Assembly (NCBI GenBank): GCA_001949185.1
Contig: BDGG01000001.1
Span: 7,092,325-7,156,324, forward strand
Source: Ramazzottius varieornatus
Lineage: Eukaryota; Animalia; Tardigrada
Direction of reading: 5' to 3'
Length of the DNA stretch: 64,000 bases
Shown here: one piece after another, positions 26,394 through 37,300 of the stretch
How positions within the stretch are numbered: position 1 is the stretch's first letter
How the letters are laid out: each line of letters begins with the position of its first letter
Translations under genes and position numbers: made by a program
The notes under the pieces: model-generated
Databases searched by the model: none
What the model was told of the DNA's origin: nothing
Seen by the model: the letters and a program-made list of their open reading frames with translations, nothing else

Positions 26394-28676
26394 ATGGCAG
26401 CCTGGACGAAATTAGGCCTTCTTACTGGACTAGGAGGAGCAATGTCTGTCTGGGCAGCGCACAAGACTCGTCGCTCGTTTGGCTGCTACGCTGACACGGC
26501 ATTTGAACACCATCCCAACATCCGCGATCTTTCATCCTCACCTGCTTACCACCTCGTCAACAACTTCTGGCTCCCCCAGGATCATCAGCAGCCTTTCTGG
26601 AACACAGGGCCCGCAACAGCCTTCCCTCTGCACTTCATCAACCAGCTCCAGAATCAGCCTGTCCACCTGGAGGACGACGACGCTCACGAAGACAGCTTTG
26701 ATCACGGAGATAACTTCGGGCTATTGTCCACTGGGTCCGCGGTGGTCGGATCCACATTGTTTCATCATGGTTATGGACGAAAGATATCCATAAAAGAAGC
26801 AGGTAATTTCATCCAGTTTAATTCTGGGTTTCAAGTTTGAAAAACACTCCATGAAAGCTTCGCTCAGTGACGTCATGCGTTGATTGGTGGGTACGATACG
26901 TGGGGCGGTGCCGATCTGATCCGCGATGACGTCATCTACGAGTTCGGCTGAAATTTTGTTCTAATTGTAGTGCCGAAAGCAAGGCGGATGTTGAAGAAGC
27001 ACATGCAGGAAATTGGCGCTCCTGGGCTCGTTGTTGGTGTCAGCATTGACGGTCACGTTGTGTGGACAGAAGGTCTTGGGTATTCCGACTTCGAGAACAG
27101 CCTGCCTTGTCAGGCTAACACGGTGATGCGGATCGCCAGTATCAGTAAAGCCATTTCCATGACCATCGTTGCGAAATTATGGGAGCAAGGGTTGCTCGAT
27201 CTGGATAAGCCTATCCAGGAATACGTGCCCGAATTTCCTATGAAGACATTCGAAGGCCATCCAGTAAGTGTCTACTCAGCTCCATTTCATATTTCAACAG
27301 GAATGCTATTTTAGAATATTTTGTGTTTTAGGTGACGATAACTTGTCGTCAGCTGGTATCGCACCTCAGCGGTATTCGGCATTACTCCAAAACAAAGAAG
27401 ACAGACGAAGAGTACTTGGTCGATCCGCCGCAGAATATCGATAAGAAAAGCAGGGACGAGAAGAAACCGACAGTCTTGGCCAAGTACAATGAATTCGATG
27501 AGAAAGAATACTACCTCAAAGAATCCTTCCCGAAGGTCTCCGACGCGCTGAAGGTGTTTCAAGACGACCCGGTACTGGTCGAACCAGGTGCCTATAGTCT
27601 TTCCTAATCGTTTGGTTTCAAGCAAACGTTAACTGATGTGTTGCTTTGTAGGCACGGAGTTTTTGTACACGACGTACGGCTTCACCTTGCTGTCTGCTGT
27701 GATCGAGAGCGTTACTAAGAGGAAGTTCACGGAAAACATGAAGGACCTTCTCCGAGACTTTGACATGACCAACACATTCTTGGACGAACACGAACCTATC
27801 ATTCACAATCGCTCAAGGTAAATTTTGTCGAACGGGACCTACGTAAACGAAGCAAACAAACTGGACGAGATTGATTTATTGAGCGGCGCACACTGTCGGG
27901 AAATCACACTGAAAACGTGCGCCACTTGGGAAAACGATCGTTGCCCAGTTCGAGGTTTTCCCAAGTGGCGCACTTTCTCAGCCAGTTACGTTAGAAACGT
28001 GCGCCACTAGGTAAATGGAACTTGACGAGTCTGTTTGCTGAGCTCGCACTTGGTTACTGGTTCGGAAAAAAAGCAACAAAACGAACTGATCTCTCAGGAA
28101 ATCATTTCGAAAGAAACTTTTACTTTTTCCGATGTCTGCAGGAATTATCGGCGGGACAAATTGGGTCGTCTAAAGAACGCCCCATACGTCGATAATTCCT
28201 ACAAATGGGCGGGTGGGGGACTGGTCTCCACAGTGGGTGACCTGCTCAAGTTCGCCCACCTCCTCCTCTACGCTGCTCAAGTCAGGAACCCCTCCGACAA
28301 GCCAGGCTACCTCAAAGCCGAGACCCTTGAGAGAATGTGGACACTGGTGGACCACACCAAGAAGAACAAGTTTGTCGAGAACGGTTACGGCATGGGCTGG
28401 ATGGTCGTGCCTGAGAGGTTCGTTGGTGGCTGGTGTCTCCAGCAGCCCCATGTGGTGTACCATACCGGTGGAGCTATCGGGGCCAGTTCGGTGCTGACAC
28501 TGCTTCCGAGAGAGAAGAATGTCATGAGCTGGGACGAGTACCCGAATGTACAGGACGGAAAGAAGCCTCCTCAAGGCATTGTAGTGACTTTGATTGTAAA
28601 CTTGGAACAAGCGTCTCTGTATAAGAAATCGGTGGAAATTGCTCAACTTTTTGATCGTGTAGATATTCATCACTGA
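26394..28676 (+). CDS. LACTB: Serine beta-lactamase-like protein LACTB, multi-exon
   Basis: GAPGLVVGVSIDG, catalytic SxxK in RIASISK, RQLVSHLSGIRHY, YTTYG, VDNSYKWAGGG, HTGGAIGASS. Confidence 0.93.
27850..28045. repeat. Family A, 2-unit array (LACTB intron)
   Basis: Cores at 27884 and 27966, both N27, period 82. Confidence 0.9.
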
Positions 28677-29989
28677 GTTCATTTGATAAGTTTTTGTTAC
28701 AATATTTCATCAGTCTTTCTCCGTCTCACGAGCCTTTTTATTGTTCCAAGTTTCCCTAATAAACATCATGTCGAATGATCTATTAATGTTTTCCTGCCAT
28801 AGTTTCGGTTTGGTAAACCTGAAGACCCATAAAGAATCCCTTCTCGAAAAGAGTGGTCAGTTTTTGACTTTGACGACAATTTTCGGTTGACGTGTTAATA
28901 AATCTGTTTGGATATTTCAGAAGTGCACGTGAGTACACGTGCGACGAGAAATTGCGAGACAGTAAAAATTATGGGACGGGCCATTTCGCTGCGGCGGCAC
29001 GGGCGTACGAACTACGCGACTGATTAACACCAATATGCATACGTTCCGACACTTCCCTACTGTTGAATTTCCATTTTGTCGTCTTCTCCGCCTGTCCCAT
29101 CATTTTTGCTGTCCCATAATTTCTCGTCGTACGTGTACTCGGATTTATCAGCATTAGGCTGGGCTTTTTTACAGTCATTTCCTGTAGATTATCCAACACT
29201 TTCTCGCTCCGTTGATCATTTTGTTGCGTGTGTATGGTTGAGGGGTAATGGCGTGCACTTGACTACAGGATATGATGATGAAGTAGGGGCATTATGGAGC
29301 GATGACGAAGGTTATGCCTTGTTGTGTTGGACAGGAAGTTTGTCTATAGACAAAGCTCGGTGAGATTTACGATGTGTGATGTCAAGCGATACTCTCATGG
29401 TTCTTTCCCCAGCGAATCCAGACTAGGCGAATACGCCGCCATAAATTTTCACGGCTGCCCCGCCCATCCTTCTTGGCGTTCTCGAATTCAAAGAGCCCGA
29501 ACAGCGTTCAACACGAAGGACCTGTCACCGTTCAGGAACGGAAGAACCGTGGCGAATGACTAACTGGCTGGAGAAACCATAAAAAGCTGGCAAACAAGGC
29601 AAGCCAGATAGTCCGTTGTGACATTGTGCCCGAACCTTTTGATCGCTTTACAAGTGGGCAACTGAACTCTTCGGTAAGACTCATCATTGCTTGTTCTTCG
29701 CTTTAGAGTTTTACAGCCGTGTACTTGGTTGACTGGAGGACTTTGTCGACGGAAGGACCGACACTACAATATTCCGCCCACCCTTGAATATAATCCAAAC
29801 TTTGTGGACTATTTTTAAACCAGGTTAGTGGCGTTAGTTGGTTTTACGGCGATGTAATGTTGGTGGCTGTTGACATGTACAGCAGGCTCATCTTACAACG
29901 TGCTGACAAGTAGCAAATTTTTGATTTTCTCACCGTTCTGCATATTGCAGTGTTGCACCGGAGCCATAGGCCAGAAGGAATCGAAAACC

Positions 29990-30881
29990 ATGTCGACATG
30001 TGCCGGCTGCCAGACCGCCATCAAAGGTGTAAGTGATGTATCCCAATTACTTATCGTATTGACTCACATTTAAAAGTCTTTGAAACGTAAGACATTTCGT
30101 CGGAATCCGCTTCCAAATTTCACGATGCGTCGTCGTAAGTTTTGCGTCGGACTTTTGGTTCGGTGAAGTATCGGACAGGCTCGAGCAATCATAGTATGCC
30201 TAGTAGCTAACTCTTGCACCGCACACTAAAAGTTTTAGAAGGGTGGCAGGATTTTGGTAGCCTCCAGAATTGCATTCGTTTGGAATTTTGTATGACTAGC
30301 TGAACGAAAAGCTTCACAACGGAGCCGGAAGTTTTTGATGGCATCGATGCGAAAGAACTGTGTTTTCAAGTATAGGTTCCTTGATTTTTGGTTGTTTGAT
30401 CTTTTAGTCCAGCATATCCGCCATGGAGCAGTCCTGGCATCCCGACTGCTTCGTATGTGACGGATGTCGCAAGAGCTTCACCGAGAAGACATTCCACACA
30501 CGAGATAACAAGCCCTACTGTAACACATGCTTCCTCTCCAAGTTCGCGCCAAAATGTAGTGGGTGTTACACGCCCATCTCTGGATCTTATGTAACGGCGT
30601 TGGAAGGACCCTGGCACGCCGCATGCTTCGTCTGCACTGTAAGTCCAGCTAACTGGCAAAGACATGTCCACGTTCTGTGCACATTCTTGATTGCTCGTCA
30701 AATTAGAAGATGACACTCGGATCGACCAAGCTCGTAATTATACTACACCAGACAACGCCCACTCAGCTCTCTTTTTGATGCTTTCCAGGCCTGTCGGAAA
30801 CCATTCGAGAACGGTAGCTTCTTCGATGTGGAAGGCAAACCTTATTGCAAGGAAGACTGGGAATCGATACGAGATCAGTAA
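29990..30881 (+). CDS. Small LIM-only protein (two paxillin/leupaxin-type LIM domains), 3 coding exons
   Basis: MSTCAGCQTAIKG / ..AMEQSWHPDCFVCDGC..KPYCNTC..APKCSGC..WHAACFVCT / ACRKPF..EGKPYCKEDW; stop TAA at 30879-30881. Confidence 0.85.
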
Positions 30882-31074
30882 GAACACAAGGACAAACTAC
30901 CATAAGCAGCTCCTTCGTCAAGACTTGAAACATACTGAATGTATACTGTACGTGTTCAATCCACAAGTTTTTCATACCTACCAAATTTGCTTATCGTTAC
31001 ACAGTCGTCTAAATTTATTGTGCGTGGTAGTACAATGTAGTGTTACGGAACGCGGGCGAATGAAGTTATAACCG

Positions 31075-31170
31075 GGTTTTGTCACCTCAAGTGGTGCACG
31101 TTGCCATTGTAACCGGCTGCAAGACTGCACCACTTGAGAAAACGATCTGGCTGAAAGCGTTGGCCCATCT
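31075..31170. repeat. Family A, 1 unit between the convergent LIM and LU genes
   Basis: TGGTGCA(31092)-N27-TGCACCA. Confidence 0.85.
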
Positions 31171-31293
31171 CCCGTATATCAGTTTTTCCCATCTGGCTTT
31201 TTGTTTTTCAGCAGCGGCTGAATAGATGTTGCTCAGTTTCTGCCTGAAGAGGCCATTGGTGTACATTTGACAGATGTTAGTTAAAACCTTAGT

Positions 31294-32053
31294 TCAAGAA
31301 ACGCCGGTGACAGCGAATAACGTGAATATTGGATACTGGCTGAAAAGGGGGTGTGGCCTGCTGGGAGCGGAAGACACGTCGTAAGGTTCTTTGGGTGGAG
31401 CATAACAAACGTCCAGATTACGGCACTTCCATACGGGTTGTCGCAACTCTGCCCTCTTGTAGTCGGCAATCATCTCATCCAGCTCTCCATTGTTGCACAG
31501 GTCCACTTTGCAGTAAAAGACCACATGATCCGACTTGGCAACCAAATTGACGGACAGATTTCCCAATTCTGCCCGAACTCCGATATCCGCATCGGTCAAC
31601 TTGATTAGCGGACCCTCCTGGTCCGCCACTTTGCACCCGCGTACCATCTCAACTGTAACAACAAAGTCCGCTAGATCGTGGGGTCACCAGTGATGAAACC
31701 AATTCGATCGATCAGTACATAGAACGGTGCTTTCATCGGTTCCGGTAATGTTTATCCTCCGTAAAGTTTCAAAGCATCGCGACTGATATCCAGGACAATC
31801 GACCAGCGGTGTGGTCAGCGATGAACTGTCACATGGGACGCTGCTGTTGTCGTACTGTCCACATCGCAAACATTGCAGCCCTGAAAGCGATCACGTAGTT
31901 TTAGCCAAACTGTTAAATTTTTTAACCACTGAAAAGATTATTGGAGGATTATGAAACAGGGAAAACAAGTGTTTCTTACCCCGTACCCATCGTCCGAGGA
32001 ACCGTTGTCACAATGGCTGAAACGAAAATGACCCAGCACGACGGCGCAGTCAT
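31294..32053 (-). CDS. Secreted or GPI-type Ly6/uPAR (LU, three-finger)-like protein 1
   Basis: Signal-like exon (MTAPSCWVIFVSAIV), then LQCLRCGQYD..PCDS..DCPG..RCFE, VRGC, terminal YCKVDLCN motif and a hydrophobic C-terminus. Confidence 0.65.
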
Positions 32054-32386
32054 ATGGGAAGTTTAGCTTCTTATCGCTGACGAAATTTGCATACTACAGT
32101 ACAGGCAGGAGGGCAGATTCTTCACAGGGAGTATAGAGTAACGCAAAGAATAGCGCAATCACTATCTTACAACAATCACTCATCTTAACACAGTATAGTC
32201 CAAGGAAAACATTTGTTTTGCATAGGTGGATTTGACCGATTTCTGAGCTAACACACCAGTCAAAATTATGGCTTATCGTTGCCTGGATCCTTCCATAATT
32301 ATGATCGAACCTCCAAGTTGAACAGCGATCAGAAATGCTTTTTGGGGTACAAGATTGCGGATGAGGACGACAGAAGCTGGTGCTGC

Positions 32387-33086
32387 TCAGGCCTGACACA
32401 GGCGGTTGATATTATTGGCCGGTCGAGGTCGTCCATGGGTTTGTGGGTTGTGAATATCCTCCTGGTGCGCTGCCTGGCAGGTCGCTGGACAGAACCTGAC
32501 TTTTTTCTCCTCATAGTAATCCTTGTCCTCCACGTTAGCAGGCAGTGCCTTCCATCTTCGTAGAACGTCTTCTGTCCGCCGGCTGTTGCAATAATCGCTG
32601 GCGCAGCCTACAGCGCTCTCCCGCATGCGCTGGACTTTGCGCCCACTGTTCCGACACGTCCCTTCGTCTCCCTCTGAAAGGTCCTTTGGAACGACGGTAC
32701 CTGAACCATCGGGCGAACAAAATCTAACTATCTTCCCTGCAACAAGTCCAGCTGTCTTCAGGTCCTTACTCTACCAATGCACTTTAATTTGCACGCACAG
32801 ACTTTGGTTCCTGACACATTGACGTTCTCCAGCATGTCAAAGCAAGTTGGCTTGTCTCCTGTGCATTCTTTCACAGTGACGTTTGGGACAGGACTGTCAC
32901 AAGATGGTATTAGAGGATCATACAGTCCGCATTGCAAGCACAACAACCCTATAGAGAAATGCTTCACCTAAAAAAACGCACGGAGAAAGTTGTACGTGAG
33001 AAAGATTGCGCTTGCCCACCTGTCACAAGTCGATAAGAGCAAACGGAAAGCACAAAGTCAGAGATAAGATGGGGCGCGTGGAACAT
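32387..33086 (-). CDS. Ly6/uPAR (LU)-like protein 2, tandem paralogue
   Basis: LLCLQCGLYD..PSCDS..ECTG..TCFD, VRFC and GCASDYCN give the same cysteine frame and exon layout as the neighbour. The first exon assignment is tentative. Confidence 0.6.
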
Positions 33087-33807
33087 CAAAAGGAATGAAA
33101 CTTGTCGCTGCAGTGCGATAAAAGGTGTTGATACTACAGCATAACCAGTAAATCGGAAATTTGATTAAACTGCTAAAAGGAATTTATCAACTTTAGTGCT
33201 TGAAATTGTTCATGTAGTGCATGGTCCATAGTAAGGGCGGATCTGGGATGGAGAATATGGATGTTTGGTGAGGTAAATGCATTGTATCGCGTTCCATAGT
33301 GACGATCCTGTCGTGCGGAGGCTTGCGCTTCAACTGATCAATAAAGCACAACAGATTCCAGAAGACGAACGGTTGAGGTCTTCAACGGGCGCAGATCCCA
33401 AAGTTGCCGAACCGACGAGGGCAACAAGTACCTGGTGTCCGCATATATTAGTCCTCCTCACGACGAGCTGTTAACGTCACAAAAGGTTGATTTAGAATTT
33501 GAGTTTGCTTGATCAACGGAAATTAGTCGTGAGTGAGGCAAAATTGCGTTTTTCGAAAGTCTCGGAAAGGGGGCGGAAATGCGAGAGTTTTGCGGGGTAG
33601 GTTTGTAGGCAAACTTTGCCTCCTGACTAGGCTGAAATTCATGGTTTTCTCTGGCTAGTCTCTGTCTGTCGATATCCCCGACACTAACAGGTATCAAGAA
33701 GCCCATACGTGAAACGGTATCTCGCAACGTGAAGCACTGTGCAGACAGAGATCAGCTGAGAAATTAAAATTCGAAAATGTGAGTAAAGTGTGCAGCGAAT
33801 AATCCGT

Positions 33808-33857
33808 TTTCGCTTTCAAGATAAGCTACTCGAAGGCTGCTTATCTTGAAAGCGAAA
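33808..33857. repeat. Perfect 19-bp inverted repeat with a 12-nt loop
   Basis: TTTCGCTTTCAAGATAAGC-tactcgaaggct-GCTTATCTTGAAAGCGAAA. Confidence 0.85.
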
Positions 33858-34363
33858 CTTCGTAATCCACTTTCAAGATCAACACATCAACGGAGTTTTA
33901 CGGCCTGTCGTGAGAACTATTAATAGTTGGTATCTAAAACGACTGATCCTTTTAAAATATCAATTTTAAGGTACATTAAAATTGACATTCAACCAGCTGG
34001 CTTGAAATTACATAAACAAATACCTTTTCTGACATGAACCTGCGTCACTTTCCATATTCGAACACCGGAGACAGGCCTCGACTTCGACCGTCCATTGCAT
34101 CTGAATTCTGAAAATCCATTTTTAGGTTCTTACGAAAATAAAATCGTGGCCGCCAACGTAGAAGTTGAAACTTTAAGGTTTTGATTCGGCGCTCTGCTCG
34201 TCATCCACAGTTAAAATCCGCTGTAAATAAAAAAAGGAAACAACAAAGAGGTAAAAGCTTGTCAATTATCATCCATTTCTGCAAAGAGGAAAAAATATAC
34301 AATAATTATCACACCGGGTAAAAGCTACAGCCAAAGTCCGTCAAGACCATCTGTCCCAAGTTC

Positions 34364-37300
34364 TCAAGAGGCAAAATTACTAAAGTCTACTTTGAGTTTG
34401 ATACTGGGCATCGTATCTCCGCCGGCCGGTACGCCTCTTCTGGCCGTCTTGGGTGTACTATCCGCCCGCATCGGTGACGGACTTTTCTGCGTGTCTCTTG
34501 TTGACAAGGCCATCTCCAGTCGCTTTTTCAGCTCCGGGTTGCGCGAGACGGCCTTCCGGAAGCCTTCGGGGTTGGTCGGCGCCATCCTCTGCAACCTCCC
34601 CAGACAGAAGGCGTGCAGGCGAGCTAGAACTTCGTTGGATCTGATGACGGCAGGTTCTTGCAGGAACTCTATGTACACTGGTGCGATGCATTGGACAATG
34701 CGATCTTTGGCTGAAGCATCAGCTACTTCGACTACCACTTCGAGCAGTTTCAACCGTTCAATTATAAGTACGACAATATCGACGTTTCCCAGATCGAGCT
34801 GCGCGCTGTTAATTTCAGAAAGATTACTGAAATCCGCTGTGAAATATTCGGCTGTATTTTCTTTCTCGGTTTGACTGGTTGGTATTTCTTCTGACTGTTT
34901 CTCATTTTGTTGGGAAAAAGAGGCGAGAATGCCCGGTGAGAGGTGGCGAATGAACGCGGAAGCTGTGAGTTTGTTGGGGTGGCGGAAGATTTGATTGAGT
35001 GTTTGCAAAGCTTGAATCTGTGTGACTGAGGAGTTCCTCGAGTCGAGGAACTGTTTGAACATGTTGACGCAGGGGAAGAAGACGTTCTCCACTCGGGAGA
35101 CCTTGTCGGAAGCGGTGAGGATGATGACAGAGACTGCTAGCATTAGACTGACGCTCGCTTCGGCGCGCTTGTCGCGAACCGTCTTGGCGATGTCGGTCAG
35201 ACGGAGAACAGCGCTGCGGAGAATTTCTTCCCAGTCTTTTCCCACCACTGAACTTTCCATAAAGGGCTGAAAGACAAGAAAAATAGATACTGAGACCAAA
35301 TTTGGATGTGTAATGAATGGGTCCATGGGAGCGCCAGATGAAGTGGACCACATTGTTATAAGGTGGCGCACATTCTCACTGTTAATACTCGAGGCGGTAC
35401 GCCACTTGCGAAAACGAGCTGGTGTGTCTTGTTTCCTCCACTTGAAAATCTTGGATTTTTTTCTGATCAACATTCAGTTTTGCTTCTGGAGTATCAACTT
35501 ATTCTTTGTTTTTTACCACCGCAAGATTTTTCGAGATAAATTTCAGAATGAATTATTTTAAAACAAATAATCATTTTGGTAATTGGAAATATTTTTGAAT
35601 TTACCGAGCTGCCCAGAGTTCGTAGACACTGAATCAACGCCACGGACCGAGGATCCGTGTACGCCACGTCGTCTTCGACCAGTTGCCGCAACGAGGTCAG
35701 AAGGATGTGCAGGATCACCGGCAGGATGGCAAGGGTTCCACGAGGTGAGCAGAGCGTGAGGAGGTGTGGCATGGTAAGGATGGTGGCGGAGGACAGCTGG
35801 ACGTAGGCAGTGTGGTACGGACTGGTGGAAGTTTGGAGCGAGATGGACTTGAGAGCTGGGTTGAGAGACGGGAACTTGCGAATGAGTATACAGAAGAAGA
35901 CTTCGGCGGCTGCGAAGACGGTGGATTTTCCTGGGCTAATCTCGCCAGACGAGCCTGAAAATATTCAGATCAAAATGAATCGAATTCACGAAAACAATCA
36001 CACGAAACATCATAGAAAAATACCCTAGAAAAAACCAAACAGCTATCTATGTTTTAGATTTGTATTCGGGGCCTGCGTAAATGACTTCAGCCAGATTGTT
36101 ATCTGGAGTGGCGCATGTGTCCAATGTTACTGTCTGAAAGTGCGCGCCACTTGGGAAAACGATCTGGTTCAATTCATCCACGTCCTATTTTATTTCCAAT
36201 TCTACACTACAGAATTCTGAACTGAAAACACTCAAATGACTGAACACACCTCCCTCTCCAGCATCGGCCACAAGGTCTGTCTGTCCTTCGTTGGTTCCCT
36301 CACCCGAGACTTCCTTACTCTTCTTCCTGTTCTCCAACTGGACATAGTCACTCACAGCCTGCAGCACCACCTTCACAATTTGCAACGCTTCACTCTGCAC
36401 AGCCGGGTTTTCTCTTGTCAAAACTATCCTATGCATGATGTTTAGTATCTCTCTCGGACAGGCCGAGTCGCCACACATGGCCAGCTTGGACCAGTCCAGT
36501 TCCAGGACTTTCTGCGCCACCCTCAAACAGTTGATGACGGACTGGTCGTCGCTAACTGCGTCGTTTCTCAACTGACATAGCGCTTCCATGGCCGTCCCGA
36601 AGAAGAGGTTGAAGCGAGCTTTATTGATGTCTTCGGCGGTTGGAGGAGTAACACCGGGACGTGGAGACCCAAGACCAAGTGTCCCGCCATCTTGAATCAT
36701 CAGACGGCTGTCCGACTTCTCGTTGAGGACGTTCTCGTACCCGCCACCCGAACTCCACCAGGTTACAGTGGCATAGAGGATGGGCAACCACGCGCTTTGG
36801 TAGACTTTGCGGGCCGCATCGATGGACTCGACCGAGTAGAAAGCGCCACCTGGAAAAAACAAGGAGAGTTTAATAATGAAATTAAATTCCAAAAATAAAC
36901 ACAAAAAGCGCGACCAACTGAGGTCGAACCCACGTCTGCTGTATTATAACATGCTGCCTGAGTCAGCCACTCTTCAAAGACAGCGGTGTCGTCCGCACTT
37001 TTCACCCTTTTTCTACTGGTCGATCTCATCCAAGCTAACGGGGAAAAATTTGCGTACCTTCGGATGGAAGTTGGTTTGAATATTCAGCCGGAAGACTCAG
37101 CAGCGCCTGATCCCTGATAGCTGCCAGCCACGATTTGCTTAGTGGAGCCACGTGCGGCTGAACCAGCGTCAGAAGCTCGCCATGCTGTTTCTGTCGCCTC
37201 ATGGCGTCCACGTAGATTTCCGCCCAGGCTTTCAGAATGGAAAGCTTCTCCAGCGTGACGGAGGCTTCGCTGTAGGGTATCTTGGCATCCTTCAGCGAGA

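Noticed and set aside
34364-35473. 369-aa ORF as a stand-alone gene
   Set aside because: It is the last HEATR5 exon read through an upstream intron that contains a Family A unit.
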